DNA of 64,000 bases. It comes from Ramlibacter sp. (GTDB lineage Bacteria > Pseudomonadota > Gammaproteobacteria > Burkholderiales > Burkholderiaceae_C). How positions within the stretch are numbered: position 1 is the first letter of the stretch; each line of letters begins with the position of its first letter. The stretch spans positions 23,055-87,054 of the forward strand of contig DATNBX010000113.1 in the NCBI GenBank assembly GCA_035571795.1, in the 5' to 3' direction. The notes under the pieces were generated by a model. The model was not told the origin of the DNA. It searched no databases and saw only the letters and a list, made by a program, of their open reading frames with translations. Position numbers and translations under genes: made by a program. This document shows positions 29,219-39,722 of the stretch, piece after piece.

Positions 29219-29836
29219 TCATCCCGCCTTGGCGACTGGCGTCATCCGGCCCGCGATCCAGCCGCAGGTGGCGCCCGCCACCGCGCCGGTGAGATGCGCG
29301 GCGTACACCACGTTGAAGCCCCAGCTCGGATTGAAGACGACCGGCTGGACCCAGGCATGTTCGGCGAGCAGCTTCAGGCCCATGCCGGCGAATAGCAGCG
29401 GCGCCAGCGGCTTGAGCAGTGGGCGCCGCGCCGCCAGCGCGGCCAGCACCATGGCCGCGGCGTGAATCGGACCGCCCAGGCCGCCGTAGCTTGTGACTTG
29501 CGGCCACAACAGCAGCGCCAGCGTGCCCAGCGGCCACGCGGCGAGCAGCGCGATCGCCGCCGGCCATCCGGCGCCCAACGCCGCGCCGGACACCGCCAGG
29601 GCTGCCAGCGCCAGCAAGTTGCCGCCCAAGTTGCCGGCGGAAGTGTGGACCCAGGCGGCAGTCCAAAGCGTCCACGGTCGCATGAACCAGCCGGCCGCCT
29701 GCCACGCCAGCGGATGCGCGGCCAGCTGGTCGGCCGGCGCCAGGATGCCGGATGTCCATGCCACGGCGGCGCTGCCCCCCGCCAGCAGCGCGCAAACCGC
29801 CAGCCAGGCTCTCACTCCGTAAAGACGGCGCGCCAC
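29219..29836 (-). CDS. Rhomboid/rhombosortase-like membrane protein (catalytic Ser apparently absent)
   Basis: PWTLWTAAWVH, YGGLGGPIH and AHLTGAVAG motifs; multiple TM helices. Confidence 0.72.
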   Translation of the reverse strand: MARRLYGVRAWLAVCALLAGGSAAVAWTSGILAPADQLAAHPLAWQAAGWFMRPWTLWTAAWVHTSAGNLGGNLLALAALAVSGAALGAGWPAAIALLAAWPLGTLALLLWPQVTSYGGLGGPIHAAAMVLAALAARRPLLKPLAPLLFAGMGLKLLAEHAWVQPVVFNPSWGFNVVYAAHLTGAVAGATCGWIAGRMTPVAKAG

Positions 29837-32658
29837 AGCGCCAGCACCGCGTCGCGTTCCGCCGCCATCGCTTCGGGCGCGACCTGGGTCGGTTCCTCGT
29901 TCAGCCGCGCCTTGTGCTGGACCCGGCGCAGCTCCCGGTAGGCGCTCGCTGCCGCCTGGCCCACGCCCGGCGGCAGCAGGCCCGAGGCTTCGGCGCGCTG
30001 CAGCAAGGCGATGTTGCCGACGTTGGGGATCAGTTCCGGATGCCGCGCGGCTTGCGACAGCACCAGGAACTGCACCGCGAACTCGGCATCGACCATCGCG
30101 CCGGGACTGTGCTTGACGTCAAAGCGATCGGCGCGCACGGGGTGGGCGGCGCGCACTTTTTCGCGCATGGCGATGATCTCGCTGCGCAAGGCGGCCACGT
30201 CGCGCGGCGCGGTGATCACGGCTTGGCGCACGGCGTCGAAGCGCTCTCGCAAGCTGCGTTGCGCCGCGAGCTGCCGGGCCGCCGGCGTGACCGCCATGTC
30301 TTCCGCGCCCAGCACGAAACGCGCCCGCGTCATCGCCTGGTGTTCCCAGGTCCAGGCGGTGTTGCTGCCGCGCCGCTGCTGGTAGTTGTCGTAGGCCTCG
30401 AAGGTGGTGATCAGCAGTCCCGAGCTGCCGTTCGGTCGCAGCGCCGTATCGATCTCGAACAGGTCGCCTTCGGCCGTCTTGGTGACCAGCCAGTTGATCA
30501 GCTTGCGCACGAACGCCGCATAGGTCTCCGGCGCGCGCTCATCCTCGTCCTCGTAGACGAACACGATGTCCAGGTCGCTGCCATAGCCCAGTTCCTTGCC
30601 GCCGAGCTTGCCGTAACCGATGATGGCGAATTGGGGCGTCTCGCGATGGCGAATCTTCAGGCGCTGCCAGCACCAACGCGCCGTCACGCGCAGCACGGCG
30701 TCGGCCAGCGCGCTCAATTCGTCGGCCACCTGCTCCACCGTCAGCCGCCCTTCGACGTCGCGCGCCAGCGTGCGGAACACTTCGGCGTGGTGGGCGCGCC
30801 GCAGCAGATTCAGCAGGGCCTCGTCATCGTCCTCGCCGGTGATCTGCAGCGAGCGGCGGCGATGCTCCAGCTCGTTCTCGAACTCCGGCGGCATGAACCG
30901 CTCGGACAGCATCATCTCGTTGGCCAGCTCGTCGATCACGCCCGGATGCTGCAGCAGGTAGCGCGCCGGCCAGCGCGCCGCGCCCAACACGCGCAGCAGC
31001 CGTTCGTGCACGCCGGGGCGTTCCAGCAACAAGGCCAGGTAGCTTTCGCGCCGCAGCAGCGGCTCGATCCAGTCGGCCATGCGCAGGACGACCTCCTCGC
31101 TCACGCGGCCCTCACCCAGCCACTGGGCGGTGCGGGCGATCAGCCGCCACAGGCGCGCACGGGCATCCTCGCGCAGCGCCAGCACGCGCGGGTGCCGCTG
31201 CCATATGGTCATGCGCTCGCGGAGCCTGTCCGGCAGCTGCTCCAGCAGCGCGTCCAGGTCGGGCGCGATGGACTTGCCCGCCTTGGGCCCGCTGCACGAC
31301 TTGCATTCGCCGGCGCGCGCGCCCAGCAGCGTGTCGAACTCCTGCGCCACCAGCTCGCGATGCGTGTCCAGCTCGTGCAGGAAGGGGCAGCAGTCGGCAA
31401 AGCCCATGGTCCTGGCGATCCAGTTCAGGTCGCCGTCGTCGTCGCTGCGTCCCATCGGCAGCACGTGCGTCTGCTGGTCGTCCAGGTACTGGATGCGATG
31501 TTCTACCCGGCGCAGGAACTGGTAGGCCCGGGCCAGCGCGTCGGCGGTCGCCCGCGGCATCAGCCCCGCCGTGGCGATACGCTGCAGCGCCTGCAAGGTC
31601 GGCCGGGTGCGCAGCTCCGGGTACTGGCCGCCGCGCACCACCTGCAGCAGCTGCACCGTGAATTCGATCTCGCGGATGCCGCCGCGCGACAGCTTGACGT
31701 CGTTGGCGCGCTCGGGCCGGCCGGCGCTGCGCTTGGCGGCGTGCTCGCGAATCTGCTTGTGCAGCACGCGCAGCGAATCGAACACGCTGTAGTCGAGATA
31801 GCGGCGGAACACGAATGGCAACACCGCGGACCGCAGTGCTTGCGCCGCACCGCTTTGCACGCAGGCGCGGGGCGCGACCACCCGGCTCTTGAGCCAGGCA
31901 AAGCGCTCCCACTCGCGTCCCTGCACCTGGAAATAATCTTCCAGCGCGCCCAGCGACACCGCCGACGGACCCGAATTGCCGTTGGGGCGCAGCGCCAGGT
32001 CGACGCGAAACACGAAGCCGTGCTCGGTGGTGTCCCCGATCAGGCCGAAGATGGTCCGCACGGCCTTGGCGAAGTACTCGTGATTCGTGATGCGGCCGCG
32101 GCCCCGCTCCAGCCCCACGGTCTCCCCGTCGTGTTCATAGACATAGACCATGTCGATGTCGCTGGAGACGTTGAGCTCGCGCGCCCCGAGCTTGCCCATG
32201 CCGACCACCCAAAGATCCACGCGCTCGCCGGCCGGCCCGATGGGCGCGCCGTGCTGCGCGTCGAGGTCCCGGCAGGCCTCGTTGCACGCGACATCCAGCG
32301 CGAATTCGGCCAGATCCGTCATTGCGCGCGTCACGACCGCCAGGGGCACCTGCTGGTCGCAGTCCAGGCCGATCAGGCGCTCCAGGACCAGCTGGCGCAG
32401 GATGCGCAGGGCAGTGCCGGCATCGTCGCCGCGCTCGCGCAAGGCAGCGTACGCAACGGCCATCATCGGCAGCGCTGGATGGCCCGGTGGCAGCAGGCAA
32501 AGTTCGGCGCCGTAACGCCGGCGCAAGCGTTGCGCGAATCGGGAGTAAGACGAAAGGGGGGCAGCGCCGGCGGAGCGGTCGGCCGGCGTTGAGTGCGGGC
32601 CTTTGTCCGACAGGAAAGCGACCGCCTGCGGCGAACCCAAAGCACCGCCGGGGATCAT
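29812..32658 (-). CDS. glnE: Glutamine synthetase adenylyltransferase/deadenylase
   Basis: Two NT domains, GMGKLGARELNVSSDID and GYGKLGGKELGYGSDLD, plus LRPNG motifs. Start codon uncertain. Confidence 0.95.
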   Translation of the reverse strand: MIPGGALGSPQAVAFLSDKGPHSTPADRSAGAAPLSSYSRFAQRLRRRYGAELCLLPPGHPALPMMAVAYAALRERGDDAGTALRILRQLVLERLIGLDCDQQVPLAVVTRAMTDLAEFALDVACNEACRDLDAQHGAPIGPAGERVDLWVVGMGKLGARELNVSSDIDMVYVYEHDGETVGLERGRGRITNHEYFAKAVRTIFGLIGDTTEHGFVFRVDLALRPNGNSGPSAVSLGALEDYFQVQGREWERFAWLKSRVVAPRACVQSGAAQALRSAVLPFVFRRYLDYSVFDSLRVLHKQIREHAAKRSAGRPERANDVKLSRGGIREIEFTVQLLQVVRGGQYPELRTRPTLQALQRIATAGLMPRATADALARAYQFLRRVEHRIQYLDDQQTHVLPMGRSDDDGDLNWIARTMGFADCCPFLHELDTHRELVAQEFDTLLGARAGECKSCSGPKAGKSIAPDLDALLEQLPDRLRERMTIWQRHPRVLALREDARARLWRLIARTAQWLGEGRVSEEVVLRMADWIEPLLRRESYLALLLERPGVHERLLRVLGAARWPARYLLQHPGVIDELANEMMLSERFMPPEFENELEHRRRSLQITGEDDDEALLNLLRRAHHAEVFRTLARDVEGRLTVEQVADELSALADAVLRVTARWCWQRLKIRHRETPQFAIIGYGKLGGKELGYGSDLDIVFVYEDEDERAPETYAAFVRKLINWLVTKTAEGDLFEIDTALRPNGSSGLLITTFEAYDNYQQRRGSNTAWTWEHQAMTRARFVLGAEDMAVTPAARQLAAQRSLRERFDAVRQAVITAPRDVAALRSEIIAMREKVRAAHPVRADRFDVKHSPGAMVDAEFAVQFLVLSQAARHPELIPNVGNIALLQRAEASGLLPPGVGQAAASAYRELRRVQHKARLNEEPTQVAPEAMAAERDAVLALWRAVFTE

Positions 32659-32682
32659 AATTCCTGCCACTTCCACGTTTTC

Positions 32683-35600
32683 ATGAACGCCTCACCGCCG
32701 TTTCCGTCAGGTTCATTGAAGGCTTATGCCACCGTTGCGAAATGGTTGTTGTGGCTTTTGCTCGCTGCCTGGCTGGTGCTGGCGGTTGCCTGGGGATCGC
32801 TTCACGCGTGGATTGTGCCCCGAATCGGTGAGCTTCGCCCCGCGCTGGAAATCGAAGCCGGGCGCGTCCTGGGGGTACCGGTGCGCATCGGCGGCATCGT
32901 CGCGCGCAACGAAGGCCTGATCCCTTCGATCGAACTCAACGATGTGGTGCTGCTCGACCCGCAGGGCCGCGAAGCCCTGCGCTTGCCGCGGGTACTGGCG
33001 GCCCTGTCGCCCCGGTCTTTGTGGAACCTCGGATTCGAGCAGCTTTACATCGATCGCCCCCAGCTGGACGTGCGGCGTGACGCGGGCGGCCGCATCTTCG
33101 TGGCCGGGCTGGATTTTTCGCGCAACAGCGGCAACGACGGGCGCGCCGCCGACTGGTTTTTCCGGCAGACCGAGTTCGTCATCCGCAGCGGGACGCTGCG
33201 CTGGACCGACGAAATGCGCAGTGCCCCGCCGCTCGTGCTGGACCAGGTCGACTTCGTCATGCGCAACAGCACGCGCCGGCACGCGCTGCGGCTCGATGCG
33301 ACGCCACCCGCCGCGTGGGGCGAACGATTCAGCGTGCGCGGCCTGTTTCGCCAGCCGTTGCTGTCCACCCACCGCGGCAACTGGCAGGAATGGGATGGCC
33401 AGGCCCATGCCGACTTCGCCCATATCGATGTTTCGCAGTTGCGGCGCTACGCGAATTTCGGTGTCGAGATCAGCGACGGCCACGGCGCTGTCCGCGCCTG
33501 GGCCGACATCAAGGGCGGCAGCCTGACCGGCGGCGTGGCCGACATCGTGCTGGCCAACGTGAATACGAAGCTGGGCGCCTCGCTGACGCCCCTGGCTTTG
33601 CGTTCCGTCTCCGGCCGCGTTGGCGGCAAGCGCCTGGAAGGCGGCTTCGAATTCGAAACCCAGCGGCTGCAGTTCGAAACTGCGGAAGGCCAGCGCTGGC
33701 CCGGCGGGAATGTATTCCTGCAGTGGACCGCGGCCGAGGGAAAACGTCCGGCGCGGGGCGAAATCCGTGCCGACAATCTTGACCTGTTCGCGCTAGGGCA
33801 GATCGCCGCCCACCTGCCGCTGGGCGCGTCCACCCACGCCGCGCTCGCGGCCTACGCCCCGAAGGGGCTGGTCGAGACGCTGCACGCCAAATGGGAAAGC
33901 CCGCTCGATGGCTTGCAAGCCTACGAAGCCCGCGGGCGGGCCGTGCGGCTGGAAATCGCCGCCCGGCCTGGCGCGGCGGCGGGCGTTGCCCAGGCGGAAG
34001 CCGGCACGCCCGGCGTGCGCGACGCGGCGCTCGACTTCGAACTGACGCAAGCCGGCGGCAAGGGCAAGCTCGCAGTGCGCCAAGGCGCGGTGGACCTGCC
34101 GGGCGTATTCGAAGACCCGGTGATCCCCATCGACGAGCTTTCAGCCGACCTGCAATGGCAGGTCAAGGGCCAGGACATCTCGGCCTCGATCTCCAACCTC
34201 AAGTTCAGCAACATCGATGCGCAGGGCGAGGGCCACGGCAGCTGGCGCACCGGCGATACGGCGCGGGCGCGCTTCCCGGGCGTGCTCGACCTGCAAGCGA
34301 GCATGAGCCGCGCCGACGGCGCCAGGGTGTATCGCTATCTGCCTCTGGGCGTGCCCAAGCGGGCGCGCGATTACGTGCGCGAATCGGTGGTGCATGGAAA
34401 TGCCAGCGGCGCGAAGTTCCGCGTCAAGGGCGACCTGCGCGATTTTCCTTTCAATGATCCGCGGCAGGGCGAGTTCCGGATATCCGCGGATGTGCGCGAC
34501 GTGACCTACGCGTTCGTGCCGCGCTCGGTCACCAAGACCGCCAGCCCCTGGCCGGCGTTGACCGACTTGTCGGGCGAACTGGTGTTCGAGCGCAACGGCA
34601 TGCAGGTCAGGCGCGCGGTGGGCCGCTTCGCCGGCGCGCCGGCTTTGCAGGTCAAGGCCGAGGCCCAGATCCCCAACTGGCGCGCGACCACGGTGGCCGT
34701 CACGGGCCAGGTGCGCGGCCCGCTGGTACAGGAATTGAGCATCGTCAACGGTTCACCGGTGGCGGACCTGATCGGCCGCGCCCTGGCCAAGTCCAGTGGC
34801 AGCGGCAATGCCGATGTGCTCCTGCGGCTGGACTTGCCGATTGCGGCGCTGGAGCAGTCCAGGGTGGGGGGCACCGTCACCTTTGCCGGCAACGACATCC
34901 AGATCAGTCCCGACAGCCCGCTGCTGGCACGATCGTTCGGCGCAGTGACTTTCAGCGAGCGCGGCTTTGCGCTGGTGGGAGCCCGGGCGCGCGCCCTGGG
35001 CGGCGAGGTGCGGCTGGAAGGTGGAACCCGAGGCTCGGCCGCGGCGACGCTGCCCGCCGGCGCCGAGACCGGCGTGGTGCTGCGGGCGCAGGGCACTTTC
35101 ACGGCCGAAGGCTTGCGCCAAGCCAAGGAGCTGGGCTTCGTTTCCCGGATCGCCAAGGACGCCAGCGGCAGTGCGGCCTACGCCCTTTCATTGGCGTTCC
35201 GGCGCGGCGTACCCGAGATCTCGCTGTCGAGCAATTTGCAGGGCCTGGCGCTGAACCTGCCGGCGCCGCTGGGCAAGACGGCCGAAGCGGCGCTGCCGCT
35301 GCGCTACGAGAATGTGCTGGTCCGTGATCAGCCGGTCGGTGCCGCCGGCGCGCCGCAGCGGCTGCACGACCAGATCTCGCTCGATCTCGGCCGGGCGGTG
35401 TCGATCGCCTACTTGCGCGACGTCGCCGGTGCCGAGCCGCGCGTCCTCCATGGCGGCATCAGGGTCGGCACCGCTGCGGGCGAGTCCGAGCCGGCGCAGG
35501 AGCAGGGAGTGATGGCCAACATCAATCTGGCCAGCGTCAACTTCGATGCCTGGGAAGACTTGCTGGGCCGCACCGCGGCCGGCAGTCCAGCCCCTGCCGC

Positions 35601-36840
35601 TTCGGCGCGCGCGGGCGCGGACAATCCTTCGCTGGGCTACCTGCCCACGGTCATGGCGGTGCGGGCGAAGGAGCTCACCTTCGGGGGCCGCACGCTGCAT
35701 AACGTGGTGGTCGGCGGTTCCCGCGACGGGCTGACCTGGCGCGCCAACGTCGATGCCAACGAGCTCAACGGCTATGTCGAATACCGGCAATCGGCCGGCG
35801 CCGGCGCGGGCCGGGTGCACGCGCGGCTGGCGCGCCTGGTGATCGCGGCGTCGGCGGCGAAGGACGTCGAGGCACTGCTGGACGAGCAGCCCGACAAATT
35901 GCCGGCCCTCGACGTGGTGGTGGACGACTTCGATCTGCGCGGCAAGAAACTCGGGCGGCTGGAGATCGACGCCTTGAACCGCGGCGCCGGCACAGTGGCG
36001 CGCGAAGGCGGGGTGCGCGAGTGGCGTCTGAACAAGCTCAACCTCAGCATGCCGGAAGCCAGTTTCAGCGCGACCGGCAACTGGGCTGCTGTCAACGCGC
36101 AGGCCGTTGCGCCGGGCAGCCCCAGGCCGGGCCCCGCTCCCGCCGGAGAGCGGCGGCGCACGGTCATGAACTTCAAGCTCGACATCGCCGACTCGGGCCA
36201 GCTGTTGGGACGCTTCGGCATGAAGGACATGGTGCGCCGCGGCCGCGGACGCATGGAGGGGCAGGTGTCGTGGCTCGGTTCGCCCCTGACCCTTGATTAC
36301 CCTTCGATGAACGGCAGCTTCTATGTCAGCGTCGAAGGCGGGCAATTTCTCAAGGCCGACCCGGGCCTGGCCAAGCTGCTGGGTGTGCTCAGCCTGCAGT
36401 CGCTGCCGCGGCGGCTGGCGCTGGATTTTCGCGATGTGTTCAGCGAGGGCTTCGCGTTCGATTTCCTGCGCGGCGACGTCACCATCCAGCAGGGCATAGC
36501 GGCCACCAACAATCTTCAGATGAAGGGCGTGAATGCGGCTGTGCTGATGGAGGGCAAGGCCGATATTGCACGCGAAACGCAGGACATCAAGGTAGTGGTC
36601 ATCCCGGAAATGAACGCCGGTACCGCATCGCTCGTGGCTAGCGTGATCAACCCGGCCATCGGGCTGGGCACCTTCCTGGCCCAGATGTTCCTGCGCCAGC
36701 CGCTCATGCGGGCGGCTACCCAGGAATTCCAGATCGACGGCACCTGGGCGGACCCGCGCATCACCCGCGTGGGTCGCAAGTCAGCCGCCGATGGGCGAGC
36801 CGACGCGGCGAATGACCCGCGCAGTGCAAGGCCCAACTGA
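32683..36840 (+). CDS. yhdP: YhdP family (AsmA-like) phospholipid transporter
   Basis: About 1385 aa with an N-terminal TM. C-terminal LLGVLSLQSLPRRLALDFRDVFSEGFAFD and IDGTWADP. Located between glnE and a nitrilase. Confidence 0.92.
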   Translation: MNASPPFPSGSLKAYATVAKWLLWLLLAAWLVLAVAWGSLHAWIVPRIGELRPALEIEAGRVLGVPVRIGGIVARNEGLIPSIELNDVVLLDPQGREALRLPRVLAALSPRSLWNLGFEQLYIDRPQLDVRRDAGGRIFVAGLDFSRNSGNDGRAADWFFRQTEFVIRSGTLRWTDEMRSAPPLVLDQVDFVMRNSTRRHALRLDATPPAAWGERFSVRGLFRQPLLSTHRGNWQEWDGQAHADFAHIDVSQLRRYANFGVEISDGHGAVRAWADIKGGSLTGGVADIVLANVNTKLGASLTPLALRSVSGRVGGKRLEGGFEFETQRLQFETAEGQRWPGGNVFLQWTAAEGKRPARGEIRADNLDLFALGQIAAHLPLGASTHAALAAYAPKGLVETLHAKWESPLDGLQAYEARGRAVRLEIAARPGAAAGVAQAEAGTPGVRDAALDFELTQAGGKGKLAVRQGAVDLPGVFEDPVIPIDELSADLQWQVKGQDISASISNLKFSNIDAQGEGHGSWRTGDTARARFPGVLDLQASMSRADGARVYRYLPLGVPKRARDYVRESVVHGNASGAKFRVKGDLRDFPFNDPRQGEFRISADVRDVTYAFVPRSVTKTASPWPALTDLSGELVFERNGMQVRRAVGRFAGAPALQVKAEAQIPNWRATTVAVTGQVRGPLVQELSIVNGSPVADLIGRALAKSSGSGNADVLLRLDLPIAALEQSRVGGTVTFAGNDIQISPDSPLLARSFGAVTFSERGFALVGARARALGGEVRLEGGTRGSAAATLPAGAETGVVLRAQGTFTAEGLRQAKELGFVSRIAKDASGSAAYALSLAFRRGVPEISLSSNLQGLALNLPAPLGKTAEAALPLRYENVLVRDQPVGAAGAPQRLHDQISLDLGRAVSIAYLRDVAGAEPRVLHGGIRVGTAAGESEPAQEQGVMANINLASVNFDAWEDLLGRTAAGSPAPAASARAGADNPSLGYLPTVMAVRAKELTFGGRTLHNVVVGGSRDGLTWRANVDANELNGYVEYRQSAGAGAGRVHARLARLVIAASAAKDVEALLDEQPDKLPALDVVVDDFDLRGKKLGRLEIDALNRGAGTVAREGGVREWRLNKLNLSMPEASFSATGNWAAVNAQAVAPGSPRPGPAPAGERRRTVMNFKLDIADSGQLLGRFGMKDMVRRGRGRMEGQVSWLGSPLTLDYPSMNGSFYVSVEGGQFLKADPGLAKLLGVLSLQSLPRRLALDFRDVFSEGFAFDFLRGDVTIQQGIAATNNLQMKGVNAAVLMEGKADIARETQDIKVVVIPEMNAGTASLVASVINPAIGLGTFLAQMFLRQPLMRAATQEFQIDGTWADPRITRVGRKSAADGRADAANDPRSARPN

Positions 36841-37643
36841 TGAAGGTCGCCGCAGTCCAGATGGTTTCGGGCGTGTCGCTGCAGGGCAACCTGGACAGCG
36901 CCCGCGCCCTGCTCGAGGAGGCGGCGCGAACCGGCGCCCAGCTGGCCGTGCTGCCGGAAAATTTCTGCCTCATGGGCCGGCGCGACAGCGACAAGCTGGC
37001 GGCGCGCGAAAGTTTCGGCACGGGTGCGGTGCAGCGCTTTCTGGCGCAGGCGGCCGCGGACCTTGGGATCTGGATTGCCGGTGGCACCCTGCCCCTGGCC
37101 GCCAGTGACGAAGCCCATGTGCGCAATACGCTGCTGGTCTTCTCGCCGGCGGGCCAATGCGTGGCGCGCTACGACAAGATTCACCTGTTCAAGTTCGACA
37201 ACGGCAGTGAGCGCCAGGACGAAACGCGCGTGATCGAGGGCGGGCGCGAACCGGTGGCCTTCGAGTTGTCCGTCGACGGGCAGCGTTGGCGTGTCGGACT
37301 GAGCGTGTGCTACGACCTGCGTTTTCCGGAGCTGTATCGGGCCTTGTCCGCCGACGTGCTGCTGGTGCCCAGCGCCTTCACCTTTGTGACGGGGCAGGCG
37401 CACTGGGAGCTGCTGCTGCGGGCCCGCGCCGTCGAGAACCTCGCCTACGTCATCGCGCCGGCGCAAGGCGGCGTGCACGAGAACGGCCGGCGCACCTGGG
37501 GCCACAGCATGGTGGTCGATCCGTGGGGAGGCGTGCTGGCCGAACGCGCCGAAGGACCCGGCGTGGTCACGGCGGAGCTGGATGCCGGCCGCCAGGCGCG
37601 GCTGCGCCTGGAACTGCCGGCGCTGCAACACCGGGTGCTATGA
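36840..37643 (+). CDS. Carbon-nitrogen hydrolase (Nit1/deaminated glutathione amidase-like)
   Basis: LPENF, YDKIHLF and CYDLRFPE (E-K-C triad). Confidence 0.93.
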   Translation: MKVAAVQMVSGVSLQGNLDSARALLEEAARTGAQLAVLPENFCLMGRRDSDKLAARESFGTGAVQRFLAQAAADLGIWIAGGTLPLAASDEAHVRNTLLVFSPAGQCVARYDKIHLFKFDNGSERQDETRVIEGGREPVAFELSVDGQRWRVGLSVCYDLRFPELYRALSADVLLVPSAFTFVTGQAHWELLLRARAVENLAYVIAPAQGGVHENGRRTWGHSMVVDPWGGVLAERAEGPGVVTAELDAGRQARLRLELPALQHRVL

Positions 37644-39703
37644 GCACTGCGCGCGCGTCTGCGGCTCCCACCCTGTTCGGCCCGCGCCGCATTCCGGCTT
37701 ATCGGCGCTGGGCTCTGTGGGCGCTTCTGATCGCATTGGTGGCGGCTCTGCTCGTCACGCTGGTATGGCTGGCCGGCCGCTACGAGGCCAGCCAGGTGCA
37801 AAGCAAGCTGGAACGCGACACGTCCGACGCCCTCATCGACATCCGCTCGGGTCTGACCCGCAACGTGCAGAGCCTGCAAGCCTTGCAGGCCGGGCATCCG
37901 ACGCGCGCCTCCTGGACCAGCGAGGCGACCCGGCTGCTGCGCGAACACCGCGAATGGGTGCGCATCGAATGGCGCGACGCTGACCTGGGAATCGTGGCAT
38001 TCGAGGATTCACCTTATCGCACCCCGGTATTCGCGCGCCTGGGCCGGTCCAACGCCCAGCCCGACATCGCGCTGGCGTGCGCCAACGGCCGGCGCGTCAG
38101 CGGCCCGGCCTATTCGGCCAGCTACTTCGTCCCGCTGCTGGACGGCCTGGGCGTGGAAGTGATGGAACTGTGCCTGCCGCTGGTGACGGCAGGCCGGCTC
38201 ACCGGCTACATCGTGGCGACCTATTCGCTGAGCGAAATCCTGTCGGCGCTGGTCGGCCCGCAAATCATGCGCAGCCAGGAAGTTTCGTTCACCGAAGCCG
38301 ACGGTACCCGGCTGGCGTTGCACGGGGCGGCCCACCGCGGCAGCCGTGTCTTCAGCTCGCAGCAACTGCTGGACCTGCCCGGCTATACGATGGTCCTGCG
38401 GATGGACAGCTGGCGCGGCGCGCCGGACGTGTTCCCCAATGTGCTTACCGCGCTGGTCACTGCGATGTCGATCGCGCTGGTGTCGGTGCTGGTGCTGCTG
38501 GGCAAGGACATGCGCCGGCGGCTGCGTGCCGAACAGGACCTGGCCGATGCGCTGGCTTTCCGCAAGGCCATGGAAGATTCGCTCGTCACCGGGCTGCGCG
38601 CGCGCGACCTGCAGGGACGCACCACATACGTGAATCCGGCGTTTTGCCAGATGGTCGGTTTCGCCGCGGAGGAATTGCTCGGAAGCACGGCGCCGCCGCC
38701 GTACTGGCCGCCGGAGTTGGCCGGCGACTACCGCAAGCGCCAGGAGGTGCGCCTGTCCAGCGAGCACGCGCCGCCCAGGGAAGGCTATGAGTCGGTATTC
38801 ATGCGCAAGGACGGTTCGCGTTTTCCGGTGCTGATCATCGAGGCGCCCCTGATCAATCACGACGGTCTGCAGACCGGCTGGATGAGCGCCTTCCTGGACA
38901 TCAGCGAGCAGCGGCGGGTGGAGGAACTCTCGCGCGCCAGCCAGGAGCGGCTGCAGGCGACGGCGCGCCTGGCCACCGTCGGCGAAATGGCGTCGCTGCT
39001 GAGCCATGAGCTGAACCAGCCGCTCGCCGCCATTTCCAGCTATGCGACCGGTTCGATGAACCTGCTGAAGTCGCAGATGGCATCGGAAAGCGGCGCCGAC
39101 GGCGATGCGGATCCGATGGCCGACATCGAGGTGGCGATGCGCCGCATCGCCGAGCAGGCCGAGCGTGCCGGCAAGGTGATCAAGAGCGTTCATGACTTCG
39201 TCCGCCGGCGTGACCAGGAGCGCTCGGCGGTCGCCCCGCAGGCGCTGCTGGACGCCATCATGCCGCTGGTCAGCTTGCAGGCGCGCAAGCTCGGTGTGCG
39301 AGTGGAAACCCGGCTGACGCCGGACCTGCCCGCCATCTTTTGCGATCACACCATGGTCGAGCAGGTGCTGCTCAATCTCGCGCGCAACGCCATGCAGGCG
39401 ATGGACCATGCAAAGGCGGCGGCGCCCTCGCTGCTGATCGAGGTGTGCCGCGCCGCTGGCGGTGAAACGGCGCCGGGCAAGAGCTGGCTCGAGTTTTCGG
39501 TGGCTGATGTCGGTCCCGGCATTCCCGAACAGGTGAGGCAGCAATTATTCACGCCATTTTTCACCACCAAGGCCGAAGGCATGGGACTGGGCCTGAGCCT
39601 GTGCCGTACCGTGGTGGAACAGCATGGGGGATTCCTCGGATTCGAGCCCAACCGTCCGCAGGGTACGATTTTCAAGTTCACTTTGCCGGTTGACAGCTCC
39701 TGA
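37640..39703 (+). CDS. PAS-domain sensor histidine kinase (FixL/DctS-like)
   Basis: Two TMs, a PAS domain (YVNPAF), HELNQPL H-box, NLARNA, DVGPG and FFTTKAEGMGLGL. ATGA overlap. Confidence 0.92.
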   Translation: MSTARASAAPTLFGPRRIPAYRRWALWALLIALVAALLVTLVWLAGRYEASQVQSKLERDTSDALIDIRSGLTRNVQSLQALQAGHPTRASWTSEATRLLREHREWVRIEWRDADLGIVAFEDSPYRTPVFARLGRSNAQPDIALACANGRRVSGPAYSASYFVPLLDGLGVEVMELCLPLVTAGRLTGYIVATYSLSEILSALVGPQIMRSQEVSFTEADGTRLALHGAAHRGSRVFSSQQLLDLPGYTMVLRMDSWRGAPDVFPNVLTALVTAMSIALVSVLVLLGKDMRRRLRAEQDLADALAFRKAMEDSLVTGLRARDLQGRTTYVNPAFCQMVGFAAEELLGSTAPPPYWPPELAGDYRKRQEVRLSSEHAPPREGYESVFMRKDGSRFPVLIIEAPLINHDGLQTGWMSAFLDISEQRRVEELSRASQERLQATARLATVGEMASLLSHELNQPLAAISSYATGSMNLLKSQMASESGADGDADPMADIEVAMRRIAEQAERAGKVIKSVHDFVRRRDQERSAVAPQALLDAIMPLVSLQARKLGVRVETRLTPDLPAIFCDHTMVEQVLLNLARNAMQAMDHAKAAAPSLLIEVCRAAGGETAPGKSWLEFSVADVGPGIPEQVRQQLFTPFFTTKAEGMGLGLSLCRTVVEQHGGFLGFEPNRPQGTIFKFTLPVDSS

Positions 39704-39722
39704 CTACTGCCCGCGCCGCCCG

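Noticed and set aside
29752-32592. 946-aa + strand ORF
   Set aside because: Antisense shadow of glnE with no recognisable motifs. Long stop-free antisense frames are expected with high-GC codon bias.
37286-37639. N-terminal extension of the histidine kinase (805-aa ORF)
   Set aside because: Overlaps the nitrilase. The ATGA-coupled start at 37640 precedes the first TM helix and is more plausible.
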